DNA of 60,000 bases, from contig NC_087246.1 of NCBI RefSeq assembly GCF_037042905.1, positions 6,202,001 through 6,262,000 on the forward strand, read 5' to 3'. Positions 58,389 through 60,000 of the stretch are shown here, one piece after another (position 1 is the stretch's first letter; every line of letters starts with the position of its first letter). A program made the translations under genes and the position numbers. The DNA is from Lytechinus pictus. Taxonomy: Eukaryota. The notes beneath the pieces are model-generated. The model made no database searches. It was not told the DNA's origin and saw only the letters and a program-made list of their open reading frames with translations.

Positions 58389-59599
58389 AAATATCTGCCT
58401 TCTTGCTACAGTCTCTCAACAGTTAGATTAAATGAGATGGATGATAATAACATGTAATTTATCAAGGGTCCAGCAGTTTCATAACTGAAGTGGCTACTTA
58501 GACCGTTTCAAAATAAAGCTGAAATAGAAGCACTGTTCCACTGTATTGAATATTGACATACCGGTCATGGCCATATATACCCCCTACAATACCAAACTAT
58601 ATGTATAGTTCACAATCATAATGCTATATCATGATTCATCAGGTATCCATGTAAAAAATGCACTAATCTCATCGTTGTTTCGATATGAGTTCACGTGAAC
58701 TTTTTACGCACTGATGGGTCTTGAAAATACGTTCTTAATAAACCCTTCAAAAGAAACAAAAATCAATATCCATTTCTGTGAAATGGAATCTTTTCAACCG
58801 AATCTCAGTGACAGAATTACAATCGACCTTAAAGTGTGAATCAATCGTATCAAAGGAATGACAAATAATAGGCCTTAATTCAATATTGGACAATAAATTT
58901 GAAGAATATGGGGACTACAATATTTCCAGGAGACACCAATGGTACAGAAGTACAGAACCACCAACGGAACCAACTACAAACCGACCGATGATGTGCTATT
59001 GAAAATAATGAAATAGTTTTTTATCGGTTTTTAGACGGTGCTGTTTGTGTGACTGACGATAATATTTGGCCTAAAATAATAATGTCGTTATTTGCAAGTT
59101 TCCATATAAATACATCGTTTATATGACGTCAATTATGAAAACTTATTATTAACTTATTATGAAAATGAAGTTGAAAGTGGGGGCCAGGGAAAGGGGGCAC
59201 TTTCTTAAAAAAAAGGTAAAAAAACTTATCTACCCCACTCACATGACTCATGAAACTTAAGATTAGGATTATTGTTACAATTTTTGCCCTTTATAAGTAA
59301 TAATATGAACACTTGTTCCAAAGGGAAAGGGACGCGATCAGAACATTAACATACTGAACATTTTTAACAAACTAGAAAAGAAAAGGGGCATTTATCAAAA
59401 GGAAATTAGGGAATATCAAAATAGTGCATTTAATTAGAGGTTAAAATTGATGAATTTCATTATCAAAAGAAAAAGAAATAGCGAAAGGGGAAAATCATAT
59501 TTTGAAAGGGATTGGCTATGCGATTAAAAGATGCACTTGCAGAAGGCAGAACGCTAATTGAAGAAACCATGCGCTCATATCGTACGAAAAGAGTGGTTT

Positions 59600-60000
59600 C
59601 TTAGGACAACTTATCTGATATGAAGAACAGGCACCTATGAAAAGGCAAAGGCGCAAAGAACATGTTCGCGAGGGGCATTTTATTGGGTAAGAGGGGCACT
59701 GATTCGAGAAAGGACAACTATAAGATGGCAAAGGGGCACTTGCTAACAGCATAAAACGGGTCCTTCTCAGGTATGAAAGGGGCACAGAACACGTTCGTGA
59801 GGGGCATTTTCCTGGGTAAAAGGGGCACTGATTCGAGAAAGGGCACTTACATGAAGGCAAGATGGCACTTGCTAACACATAAAACGGGTCCTTCTCGCGT
59901 GAAAGGGGCACAAAACACGTTCGAGAGGGAGCATTTTCTGTAAAAGTGGCTCTTATAATACGAGAAAGGGCACTCCGTAGCACCTAAACGGGTCCTCCTC
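59600..60000. repeat. Tandem repeat, ~126-129 bp unit, with internal aggggcac sub-repeats; runs off the window edge
   Basis: ca(t/c)gttcg..aggggcatttt recurs at ~59661, ~59790, ~59916; taaacgggtcct-like motif three times. Confidence 0.85.

Larger units (their letters stand above)
57597..58518 (+). mobile_element. tRNA-derived SINE of the 47665 family, split by the Kolobok-like MITE
   Basis: Head tagctcagtggtaga at ~57609; body resumes after 58388 with tctgccttcttgcta and actgaagtggctac. Confidence 0.7.

Noticed and set aside
58605..58650. Hammerhead ribozyme on the minus strand (CTGATGA + stem atcatgat/attatgat)
   Set aside because: The required GAAA after stem II is missing (TGTGAAC) and no stems I/III are evident
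59516..59983. 155-aa Cys/Pro-rich ORF or CRISPR-like array
   Set aside because: By-product of a tandem repeat; the units are homologous throughout, there are no unique spacers, no cas genes, and the context is eukaryotic

Overview
AT-rich eukaryotic genomic DNA from an invertebrate animal. The repeat repertoire and gene structure suggest a deuterostome, probably a sea urchin (inference). About 48 kb is occupied by one minus-strand gene: a PDZ-containing, neuronal/constitutive-type nitric oxide synthase (NOS1-like). I traced 24 coding exons with GT-AG boundaries and consistent phases from the ATG at 51984 to the TGA at 4222. They total 5199 nt, about 1732 aa with an inferred 42-nt cassette exon included. 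The domains are PDZ plus beta-finger, a long disordered linker, Zn/heme oxygenase, CaM-binding helix, FMN domain with autoinhibitory insert, FAD/NADPH reductase, and an extended C-terminal tail. Introns and flanks contain many non-autonomous DNA transposons (Kolobok-, hAT-, Harbinger- and CACTA-like MITEs), tRNA-derived SINEs, LINE remnants (L1/Tx1, CR1/L2), microsatellites and a ~128-bp tandem repeat. I see no prokaryotic-type novel system. The best leads are (1) an nNOSmu-position microexon with muscle-type splicing motifs, (2) an inverted LINE pair bracketing an in-frame six-exon block (circRNA or exon-skipping candidate), (3) a greatly expanded N-terminal linker with LC8-type motifs, (4) an orphan exon-like ORF downstream of NOS, and (5) a triple-nested transposon.
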